64,000 nt of DNA from Bacteroidales bacterium (GCA_030681475.1 JAUXWT010000049.1:7991-71990); one strand, 5' to 3'; shown: positions 39,116 to 47,055, counted from the first letter of the stretch. The notes: generated by a model from the sequence alone, not told the origin. Translations and numbers: made by a program.

Positions 39116-40116
39116 CAGTTTCTGATTCGGAGATATGCCTTTGCGAATTTCAACCCGTTGATTTGTCCATTTACGTATTCGTGAAGCTCATGATAATCGC
39201 CCCGGGCAAAACGGAGAAATCCTGATGCTTGTCCATAAATAGCGGGAAGTAAACTCTTTGAAATAAAATAATAGCCGTCGAGGAATGAATGAATTCCTCC
39301 GGAAATAATAATTTGCCTGCATGCCAAAGGTCTGGCGCTGTTCACCAGTGAGTTTACCACTTCCAGCATCTCCCCGGCAGAATGGCCGAGCATAGCCAGC
39401 GGTCCGTAAAGTTCCTGATTTTGAAGCGTACTGCGGGCCAATTCTACTTTGGCAAAATTTGTACCCCCGAAAGCTGCAAAATCCAATGCTTCGATCGGAA
39501 GTTCCATGAGCCGTTTGATGCTCTCCGGGCCCATCCCCTGGCCTACCTCCTTAACAATGACTTTCAGGTTCGTTAAAGCCAGAAAAGCTTCAAGAGTCTC
39601 AACCGGAGGCTGTTTTAACACATCGCCATCCTTTTGAAGCCATTCCTGAACCGGGTTCACATGGATGACCAAACCATCGGCTTTTAACCGTGCAACAAGT
39701 TCGACAAGCCTCTCATGGCTTTTATTCAACAACATCTCCTCAACCTGTACGATGCCTATGTTAGCGTACAATGGCAAGTCATCCCCAATAATTTCCCGCA
39801 TGTAAAAATCCTCAAAAAGATCAGCGTTTTCGAGCAATATCCTGCAAGAGCCCAGCCCCATTCCCATGCCGAATTCATTACAGGCGCGGGCAAGGTTGCG
39901 GTTGATCGTTTTCGCCTCTTTGCTGCCGCCTGTCATGCTTGACACCCAGATGGGTACTTGCAGCGTCTTTCCTAAAAATGAAATTGGTGTCAATTGGTTA
40001 TGCAGGTGTGATTCAAGCATTGGTTCGTAGGTAAACCTTGTATCGGCAAGCGCCGGTTCAACCTGCGAAGAAAAAACCATGGCGATATGATCGTTTTTAC
40101 GTTGTTCCATCATCAA
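39115..40116 (-). CDS. fni: Type 2 (FMN-dependent) isopentenyl-diphosphate delta-isomerase
   Basis: 333 aa with RKNDHI, SSMTGG, VKEVGQGM and ISGGI motifs. It overlaps the next gene by 1 nt (TGATG). Confidence 0.9.
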   Translation of the reverse strand: MMMEQRKNDHIAMVFSSQVEPALADTRFTYEPMLESHLHNQLTPISFLGKTLQVPIWVSSMTGGSKEAKTINRNLARACNEFGMGMGLGSCRILLENADLFEDFYMREIIGDDLPLYANIGIVQVEEMLLNKSHERLVELVARLKADGLVIHVNPVQEWLQKDGDVLKQPPVETLEAFLALTNLKVIVKEVGQGMGPESIKRLMELPIEALDFAAFGGTNFAKVELARSTLQNQELYGPLAMLGHSAGEMLEVVNSLVNSARPLACRQIIISGGIHSFLDGYYFISKSLLPAIYGQASGFLRFARGDYHELHEYVNGQINGLKFAKAYLRIRN

Positions 40117-40217
40117 TTATTGGAGGACTGATCTTGAAATTATCCTGCGTCTTTTCACCTACGTGGTCAGAGATTGGCTGAATGACGTTTAATTTATTTT
40201 ACAAAATAAATCCGGAG

Positions 40218-40225
40218 CAAAAGTA
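40218..40225 (-). promoter_or_regulatory. -7 box TACTTTTG (minus strand)
   Basis: Exact TAnnTTTG match, about 100 nt upstream of the fni ATG (40116). Confidence 0.4.
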
Positions 40226-40358
40226 GGCAAAAAAAATGATTGAGTTAACAGGTATTACTATTCCTGAATAGATATCAATACCACTCACCATTCTCACAAC
40301 CAGAATACTCTCCTCCTATATTTTGTACCGGGTTTCGGATATTATAATGAAAAAGAGT

Positions 40359-40366
40359 TACCTTTG
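40359..40366 (+). promoter_or_regulatory. -7 box TACCTTTG
   Basis: Exact TAnnTTTG match, 43 nt upstream of the ATG at 40409. Confidence 0.45.
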
Positions 40367-40408
40367 AAGTGACTAGAACCTGACTAAGGTACAAATACAA
40401 TTTTTTAG

Positions 40409-42604
40409 ATGGCAAAAAAGAGTAATACCATTACCGTAGAAAGAAAGATAAGAGTGGCATTAAAAAAAAGCGAAGAGAAGTACAGGATGTTGCTTGACCT
40501 GGCGGTGGATGCAGTTTTCCATGGTGACGGTACTGGCAAGTTTATCACAGTAAACGATAAAGCTGTCGAATTAACCGGATATTCAAAGAAAGAACTGTTG
40601 AAGATGAATATCCGGGACTTGTTCCCCAATTACGCTCCGGACAGTAATCCATTGAATTATGATCTGCTTTCGGGTGGGATAACCATAAAAACAGTCAGGG
40701 AGATCATCCGTAAGGACGACAAGCGACTTCTTATTGAAATGACTTCAAAGGCGATGCCCGATGATACCTACCAGTCGCTGTTCAGAGACATCACTGAGAG
40801 CAGAAATGCAGAATTAGCCGCCCTTGATACAGCGCTTAAATACCGAAACCTCCATATGAGTATGATGGACGGGTACGTTTTTGTGGATATGAACGGAAAA
40901 ATAATAGACAGTAACAGCGCCTATCAGCGGATGCTCGGATACAATGCCATTGAACTTAACGCCCTTACTTATGAAGACCTGACCCCTTCGAAATGGCATG
41001 ATTTTGAGCATAATATCGTTGACCAGGAAATATTACCCAACGGCCACTCAGGTGTTTACCAGAAAGAATACCTTAAAAAGGATGGCACTGTTTTCCCGGT
41101 TGAGTTGCGTACCTTCCTTGTCAGGAATACCTCCGGGAGGAATGAAGGGATGTGGGCAATCGTGCGCGACATCACCAAGCGGAAACAGGCAGAAGACGAC
41201 CTTATGAAATCGGAAGAGAAGTTCAGGAGTATCGTGGAATCCTCTCCGACTGGTATGCTCTTTTACCAACTCGATAACAGCGACAACCTGATCCTTACTG
41301 GCGCCAACCCTGCTGCCGACAATATTCTGGGTATATCGCACAAAACACTGATTGGGAGTACGATCCTGGAGGCATTTCCAAACCTGGCATCTACCGGTAT
41401 TCCTGAATTGTACAAGAAAGTGGCCACCGGTGATACCGGTTCTCAATATTTCGAGATTCCTTATGAGGACGAAAGGTTTTCGGGATATTATACTGTTCAT
41501 GTGTTCAGAACAGGTTCACGTACAATCGCGGTCGATTTTTCCGACATTACCAGGAGAAGACAGATGGAAGAAGCCCTTCGCCACTCGGAGATCGAATACC
41601 GTGACACATTGAATTCAATGCCTGACTGGATTTATGTTGTCGACGAACATTATAAGATTGCCCTGGTCAACTCAGCGTTAACACAGGAGCTGATCCGACA
41701 GGGGTTTAAACCGGACTGCCTGGGCATGGAAATCGGGCATAAATTTCCATTTATTACCGGTAAAGCAATTAAGACAGTAAAACTCGTGTTCAGTACCGGA
41801 AACGTATCGGTCAGTGAGCAAAAAGTTGACCTGGCTGGCAGCAAGCATCACGTTGAAATCACCTGTGCACCTATTTTAAAGAATGACAAAGTTGTCAAAG
41901 TGATCCTGATGATCCGTGACCGGTCGAAGGAGAAAGAGATCGAGGAGTTGAAGCGTCGAAATGCAGAACAAAAGGAGGTATTGCTCAGGGAGATACACCA
42001 CCGTGTAAAGAACAACCTGGCGATCGTGATCAGTCTGTTGAACTTTCAGCTCAGGAATAATACCAACGGAGAACTTGCCCGGATTATCATTGATATTCAG
42101 ATGCGCATTCGCTCGATGGCCCTCATCCATGAAAATCTGTACCGGTCCGAAAATATCGACCGCATCCCGCTAACAAACTATATCGATGCACTTGTCTATA
42201 TGATCATTAATACCTATAGTGGGCAACACATAAAGCTGGAGAGACATCTTGATCCCATGGAAGTCTGCATCGAAACTGCCCTGCCAATCGGATTGATCGT
42301 GAATGAACTTTTAACCAATTCATTCAAGTACGCCTTCCCGGCCGGAGGACAGGGAGTCATCCATATCCGGCTTAAAAAAGAAGATGACCAGATGTGTACC
42401 CTTGTCGTTGAAGATAATGGCGTGGGTCTTCCCGAATCCATATCCATGGACTCGGAAAAGTCGATCGGGCTTTATATTGTTCATCTGCTCGTTGAACAAC
42501 TCGAAGGTACTTTAAAAATTGACCGTAATAACGGTACCTCCTTTGAGATCCGTTTCAGGAATATTGTCAGGAAGAAAAAGCCGCAATTACAGGATAGTGA
42601 ATAA
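40409..42604 (+). CDS. Soluble multi-PAS sensor histidine kinase (HisKA_2-type)
   Basis: 731 aa with about four PAS-like repeats, the H-box EIHHRVKNNLAIVISLL and a HATPase domain. The C-terminal ~330 aa are paralogous to the 24907-26580 kinase. Confidence 0.85.
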   Translation: MAKKSNTITVERKIRVALKKSEEKYRMLLDLAVDAVFHGDGTGKFITVNDKAVELTGYSKKELLKMNIRDLFPNYAPDSNPLNYDLLSGGITIKTVREIIRKDDKRLLIEMTSKAMPDDTYQSLFRDITESRNAELAALDTALKYRNLHMSMMDGYVFVDMNGKIIDSNSAYQRMLGYNAIELNALTYEDLTPSKWHDFEHNIVDQEILPNGHSGVYQKEYLKKDGTVFPVELRTFLVRNTSGRNEGMWAIVRDITKRKQAEDDLMKSEEKFRSIVESSPTGMLFYQLDNSDNLILTGANPAADNILGISHKTLIGSTILEAFPNLASTGIPELYKKVATGDTGSQYFEIPYEDERFSGYYTVHVFRTGSRTIAVDFSDITRRRQMEEALRHSEIEYRDTLNSMPDWIYVVDEHYKIALVNSALTQELIRQGFKPDCLGMEIGHKFPFITGKAIKTVKLVFSTGNVSVSEQKVDLAGSKHHVEITCAPILKNDKVVKVILMIRDRSKEKEIEELKRRNAEQKEVLLREIHHRVKNNLAIVISLLNFQLRNNTNGELARIIIDIQMRIRSMALIHENLYRSENIDRIPLTNYIDALVYMIINTYSGQHIKLERHLDPMEVCIETALPIGLIVNELLTNSFKYAFPAGGQGVIHIRLKKEDDQMCTLVVEDNGVGLPESISMDSEKSIGLYIVHLLVEQLEGTLKIDRNNGTSFEIRFRNIVRKKKPQLQDSE

Positions 42605-42834
42605 CGGGGAAATTAATTTTCGCTGAAAAGCATCGTGATTTTTCCCGGGAAAGTCTTACCATAGCATAAGACATTGGTAACCATTGCCAATCCGGAATTT
42701 CAGTTTTGACCACCTTTGGTCAACTTCCTTTGTGATATTTCTGGCTCATTCAATCTTTTCGGAGTGGCTTCAATAATCTATTTTTAAGATTTAACATTGT
42801 GTATTAGTAAGATTTTTGAAATATGAATAGAGAG

Positions 42835-42863
42835 ACCACCAAAATTTATTTATATTTGGTGGT
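42835..42863 (+). promoter_or_regulatory. 9-bp perfect inverted repeat ACCACCAAA-N11-TTTGGTGGT overlapping the -7 box TATATTTG (42851-42858)
   Basis: Read directly from the sequence, 48 nt upstream of the ATG at 42911. A third half-site, TCACCAAAA, is at 42870-42878. Confidence 0.5.
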
Positions 42864-42910
42864 TCTAATCACCAAAATAATCATAATCATTTATAATACG
42901 CTGATAAATA

Positions 42911-44104
42911 ATGGAAAACCTACGTGAAAAATCTAATAAAAGCATTCAGTCTGTACACTTTGCTTATCAACGTGATGTGATTGGTAAAATTAACTGGGCA
43001 TGGACGATGAACGGCATCGTTGGGGCCAGGGGAACAGGAAAAACTACCCTGCTGCTTCAAAAATTACAGCAATTTCAAAATGAAGGGCGTGAAGTATTGT
43101 ATGTCCGCCTTGACGATCTCTATTTTGCCGATCATCACATTTATGATCTGGCTGACACATTCAGGAAAAAAGGCGGCGAATATCTTTATCTGGATGAAGT
43201 CCATAAATACGAAGGTTGGGCAAGGGAATTGAAAAACATCTATGATTCAATTCCGGGGTTGAAATTGGTTTTCTCAGGATCTTCCATCCTCGAACTGACT
43301 ACACAAGACGCCGATTTAAGTCGAAGGGCGTTAATTTACGAAATGACAGGACTCTCATTCAGGGAATATCTGCTTATGTCAGGTATCCTTTCAAAACCGG
43401 TATACCCTTTAATTGAAATTTTCAGGGATCATATGGAGACAGCGATAGCGATTGTTAAAGAAATTCCTGTTCTAAAACATTTTTCATCCTACCTGAAAAG
43501 TGGATTCTATCCATATTTTCTTGAACCGGAGCGAGATTATTTTACGACGCTTGAACAAATAATACGTACGGTTATGGAAACCGACCTGAGGTTTATTGAA
43601 CATTTCGACATCGCACAGAGTAAAAAGATGTTAACGCTTTTAAAAGTGATAGCAGCATCTGTGCCGTTTAAGCCCAATATTTCAAAAATCAGTCAAAAAA
43701 CAGGTTTACACCGACAGACAATATTACAATATTTTCAATATTTGGAAAAGGCAAGAATGATTAAAACTATCAATCAGCCTGACAGGTATATCAGCCGTTT
43801 GCAAAAACCCGATAAAATATTCCTTGATAACCCTAACCTTTTTTATGCGCTGAACCACGATATGGTGAATATTGGTAACCTTAGGGAAACATTTGCGATG
43901 AATCAGCTATCTGCACATCATGACGTGTCTCTTCACGAACAGGCCGATTTTCTGGTAGATCATAAATATGCAATCGAAATCGGGGGTAAAAACAAAGATA
44001 ACAGGCAGGTCAGGGATTTTGATAATTCATATATTTTCGTTGACGACATTGAAATAGGGCACCATAACAGGATTCCTTTGTGGTTACTGGGGTTTCTGTA
44101 CTGA
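42911..44104 (+). CDS. AAA-family ATPase with DUF4143-like C-terminus
   Basis: 397 aa with Walker A GARGTGKTT and Walker B LYLDEV. The overall layout fits the common ATP-binding protein (AAA_14 + DUF4143) family. Confidence 0.75.
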   Translation: MENLREKSNKSIQSVHFAYQRDVIGKINWAWTMNGIVGARGTGKTTLLLQKLQQFQNEGREVLYVRLDDLYFADHHIYDLADTFRKKGGEYLYLDEVHKYEGWARELKNIYDSIPGLKLVFSGSSILELTTQDADLSRRALIYEMTGLSFREYLLMSGILSKPVYPLIEIFRDHMETAIAIVKEIPVLKHFSSYLKSGFYPYFLEPERDYFTTLEQIIRTVMETDLRFIEHFDIAQSKKMLTLLKVIAASVPFKPNISKISQKTGLHRQTILQYFQYLEKARMIKTINQPDRYISRLQKPDKIFLDNPNLFYALNHDMVNIGNLRETFAMNQLSAHHDVSLHEQADFLVDHKYAIEIGGKNKDNRQVRDFDNSYIFVDDIEIGHHNRIPLWLLGFLY

Positions 44105-44192
44105 TATTTCCCGATGTCTCCACATTAAAGAACCATTCACGACATACCATAAAATAGGCCTCCAGAATTCCTGAAAGCCTTTATTAACTTTG

Positions 44193-44265
44193 AGCGGTAA
44201 ATGGGATTCGGACCCACGACCCTCAGCTTGGGAAGCTGATGCTCTACCAACTGAGCTACTACCGC
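44193..44265 (-). tRNA. tRNA-Gly (anticodon CCC)
   Basis: I folded the cloverleaf by hand: acceptor GCGGTAG/TTACCGC, D arm GCTC-AGTTGGTA-GAGC, anticodon arm TCAGC-TTCCCAA-GCTGA, T arm GTGGG-TCCGAAT-CCCAT. It is 73 nt with no encoded CCA. Confidence 0.88.
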
Positions 44266-44309
44266 ATATGTGAATAAACCATTGCTTTTGACCTTGCTAT
44301 TTTACAATA

Positions 44310-44317
44310 CAAATATA
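44310..44317 (-). promoter_or_regulatory. -7 box TATATTTG (minus strand)
   Basis: Exact TAnnTTTG match, about 45 nt upstream of the tRNA 5' end. Confidence 0.4.
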
Positions 44318-44485
44318 ATAGTTTTTTGGATACCCGGTCAAGGGATTAGGAAAAAAATGATTCTCCTTCCTGATGCTTTTTTCAATTAAATCACGTAACT
44401 TTATATTGCCAAATTCGAGAAATGACCTGTTTTTTTCATCAACATCCTGTGCAAGATGCTGATCTGTTAAATAAAACCAAAAACC

Positions 44486-45028
44486 ATGAACATTGAAACA
44501 CTTACGCTGATCATCACCATCGCAGGAATCGTTTTCTTTCTCATCTGTCTTTCCATCATCATCATGGGGAAAAAAATTGATGATCCGGGTGCAAAACAAC
44601 AAAGGATTAAAATCGGACAGTATGTTGAAGTAAGCGGTAATTCAATCATCCTGCTGACCGTCATCTCCGCATTTCTGATCATCGCCCCGCTGGGATTGTA
44701 CTACTGGAAAAGAAATTATATCCCGGCCGAAGAGGTGTCGGAGAATTTTATCGCAAAAAAGGACCTGAAGCTGGAACTTTACATTCCGTTGATGCTCGAC
44801 AACAGCAGGACAGCCGACAGTGTCACTGTCCAGGTGATCACCGTCAAGGGAGACGATACAACGATCGTGAATGAAAAAGGCTTTCATAACAATTACTACG
44901 AGTTTAACCGGAATATCGAGCCTGATGTTGATTACACCCTTAACTTTATCAGGAAAGGCTCCCCGATGAACAAGTTTCATTACAAGTTCAACAAGATCAC
45001 CTCACCCATGACGTTAACCCAAAATTGA
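44486..45028 (+). CDS. Hypothetical two-TM membrane protein
   Basis: 180 aa with two TM segments followed by a beta-rich domain. It overlaps the next gene by 4 nt. Confidence 0.45.
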   Translation: MNIETLTLIITIAGIVFFLICLSIIIMGKKIDDPGAKQQRIKIGQYVEVSGNSIILLTVISAFLIIAPLGLYYWKRNYIPAEEVSENFIAKKDLKLELYIPLMLDNSRTADSVTVQVITVKGDDTTIVNEKGFHNNYYEFNRNIEPDVDYTLNFIRKGSPMNKFHYKFNKITSPMTLTQN

Positions 45029-45915
45029 TATCCACCATGTTATCACTTAAATCATTGTTAACCGCGATAGGCTTTCTGTTGATTTTTAGCCTGTTTTTCT
45101 TTTTTAACCAATCGTGTTCGATGCAGGGAGATAAACAAAGTCAGCCTTCCGACAGTGTTTCCATGCAAGGTGATACCGTTGCAGCAATTTCAGGGGGGAA
45201 ACTGCCGGAAAAATTCATTTCAGGGATTGACAGTTCCGAAATGATCCTGATCCCCTATGGCAACTTTATCTATGGGATCAGAAAAAAAAGCCGGGACAGC
45301 ATTCTTAAAGTACTTTCAAACGCGAACCTGGATATTTTTGAAGAGGAACTCCCATTGCAAAACAAATTCCTCCCATCATACTACATTGATAAAACGGAGG
45401 TAACCAATGCCCAATATGATAAATTCGTTGCCGCCACCGGCCACAAACCTTCAAGGCTCAGGGATTCAAGGATCTTCGGATCACCTGACAAACCGGTCGT
45501 TGGTATCGGATGGGCAGATGCCTTAGCTTATGCAAAATGGGCAGGCAAAAGGCTTCCGACCGAAGAAGAATGGGAAAAAGCAGCCAGAGGGACGGATGGC
45601 AGGATGTGGCCATGGGGCAATACACCTGCTCCTGATAACTATAATGGGAAAACACAGGGGTACTATGCCCCGGTCAAGGTTGGTACATTTAAAAACGGGG
45701 CCAGCCCATACGGTGTTCTTGACATGGCAGGAAATGTATATGAAATGACCACCGGGAAATGGCAGGTCACCTCGCATACCATGAGAGGGGGTTGTTATTT
45801 AAACAGCGGGGCATACGTGCGGACGATGTTCCGTTGGGCAACAGAGGATGAAATAAACGGCGCTGAATGGCTGGGGTTCAGGTGTGTGATGGATACTATG
45901 AAAATAACCCAATGA
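45025..45915 (+). CDS. Formylglycine-generating-enzyme (SUMF1/FGE-sulfatase) domain protein, membrane- or lipid-anchored
   Basis: 296 aa with YYIDKTEVTNAQYDKF, PVVGIGWADALAYAKWAGKRLPTEEEWEKAARG, PYGVLDMAGNVYEM and RGG. Confidence 0.8.
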   Translation: MISTMLSLKSLLTAIGFLLIFSLFFFFNQSCSMQGDKQSQPSDSVSMQGDTVAAISGGKLPEKFISGIDSSEMILIPYGNFIYGIRKKSRDSILKVLSNANLDIFEEELPLQNKFLPSYYIDKTEVTNAQYDKFVAATGHKPSRLRDSRIFGSPDKPVVGIGWADALAYAKWAGKRLPTEEEWEKAARGTDGRMWPWGNTPAPDNYNGKTQGYYAPVKVGTFKNGASPYGVLDMAGNVYEMTTGKWQVTSHTMRGGCYLNSGAYVRTMFRWATEDEINGAEWLGFRCVMDTMKITQ

Positions 45916-45965
45916 ATGTAAAGGTACAATTCACCCTGCCACCTTAATAAATTGGTTTTAGAGAT

Positions 45966-46199
45966 ATGTCTGAACTCGAGTTCTTCATGCCCAGCCGGGA
46001 AGGCCAGCCATTTTTTACGCGTGAATGGTCCCATGACAGGAGGTCCAATCATACCATCCTACTAACCTCTTTTACCGCTACCAGGGAATTGTCAGAAGAT
46101 ATGCTCACCGATCATACCTTCAAGGCCTGGGAAGGATTGTTCCATGAACTTCACAACGAAATTGTCCGGAAGAAAATCCTGGGCTATCTAAAAGAGTAG
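45966..46199 (+). pseudogene. Possible alpha/beta-hydrolase (lysophospholipase-like) remnant: N-terminus fused in frame to C-terminus
   Basis: 77 aa. EFFMPSREGQPFFTREW....HTILL resembles the N-terminal strand region. FKAWEGLFHELHNEIVRKKILGYL resembles the C-terminal catalytic-His region (..G..HE..NE.......I..WL). The nucleophile elbow and core are absent. Confidence 0.4.
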
Positions 46200-46533
46200 A
46201 TTGATTCAACATTATCCAAGTAACATCCCTTTCAATAGCTCAACAACCGGAAATATTCAAATCCGTTAATGTATTTTTATAACCGGAAAATTCCATTCGC
46301 TTAAACTATAAAACCTGAATCCCCTCCGAAAAGTATTTGTAACCAGAATTATCACAAATCTACCCACCCCCAACCGCTCCCTGCAAGCAGCTACTCTTTA
46401 TACACATCTTTGTGGTCAACATATGCCGAGGTCTGATCTATATGTGTGGATGCCTGTAAGACGAATCCACCTATAAATGTCGGAATGTCAATATTTATAA
46501 ATGATTGCAGGTCATCCATTTCTGAAAGGGAAT

Positions 46534-46561
46534 GATCCCGTAGGGATCAGATATTGGTAGC
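46534..46561 (+). repeat. Hairpin unit H1: GATCCC-GTA-GGGATC + AGATATTGGTAGC
   Basis: Read directly from the sequence. It is the inverted counterpart of H4. Confidence 0.8.
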
Positions 46562-46584
46562 TTTGGGAGGACAAACAAGATTAT

Positions 46585-46610
46585 CGGCCCCGTAGGGGTC
46601 GGATATTGTC
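46585..46610 (+). repeat. Hairpin unit H2: CGGCCCC-GTA-GGGGTCG + GATATTGTC
   Basis: Read directly from the sequence. It is the inverted counterpart of H3. Confidence 0.75.
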
Positions 46611-46680
46611 AAAAATCACCATCAGAATCCATCGTCACCATCATATGTGTGATCATACGACAATTATCTGCTAAACAATA

Positions 46681-46707
46681 ACCGATAATTCGACCCCTAA
46701 GGGGTCG
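46681..46707 (-). repeat. Hairpin unit H3: ACCGATAATT + CGACCCC-TAA-GGGGTCG
   Basis: Read directly from the sequence. Confidence 0.75.
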
Positions 46708-46731
46708 CGGATTACATACGGGGACACTTTT

Positions 46732-46760
46732 GCTACCAATATTCGACCCCACTGGGGTCG
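46732..46760 (-). repeat. Hairpin unit H4: GCTACCAATATT + CGACCCC-ACT-GGGGTCG
   Basis: Read directly from the sequence. The flank GCTACCAATAT is the exact complement of the H1 flank ATATTGGTAGC. Confidence 0.8.
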
Positions 46761-47055
46761 AGGTTAATGACCAAAATACCCACAGTACCTTTATAAGAGA
46801 ATACCAAACATTGCTAATTTGCAGATATAAAAAAGATGTGTATAAAGAGTAGCTGTGAGCAAGGATGGGAGTCCGTATACTATAGCATAATCCTTTCAAT
46901 CATGACATTAGGTGTAGTAGCGGTGTGCCCCTCCCTTTTCAAGGGAGGGGTTGGGGGTGGGTAGATTCACAAAGAAACCACTTTTTGTAGTGGACTCAAA
47001 CTTTAAGTTTTTATAAAAAAGTCATAAAAATAGGTTAATTTAGACTAAATTTAAT

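Larger units (their letters stand above)
46357..46967. repeat. 611-bp foldback-type non-coding element with nested perfect inverted repeats
   Basis: The outer 19-bp inverted repeat is 46357-46375 vs 46949-46967. The inner 23-bp inverted repeat is 46388-46410 vs 46833-46855. Four hairpin units lie mirror-arranged inside, and CACA occurs on both outer flanks. Confidence 0.8.

Noticed and set aside
42704-42721. Hairpin TTGACCA-CCTT-TGGTCAA downstream of the kinase gene as a terminator
   Set aside because: The stem is 7 bp with no following T-run, and it lies 100 nt past the stop. That is insufficient for a terminator call.
42605-44265. Genomic island integrated at the 3' end of tRNA-Gly
   Set aside because: There is no integrase. 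I could not find a direct repeat of the tRNA 3' segment in the flanking 4 kb. The only gene on that side is a common AAA/DUF4143 ATPase.
46609-46899. 96-codon minus-strand ORF inside the repeat island
   Set aside because: It is translated across the hairpin repeat units and inverted-repeat arms, and it has no recognisable domain. It is probably spurious.
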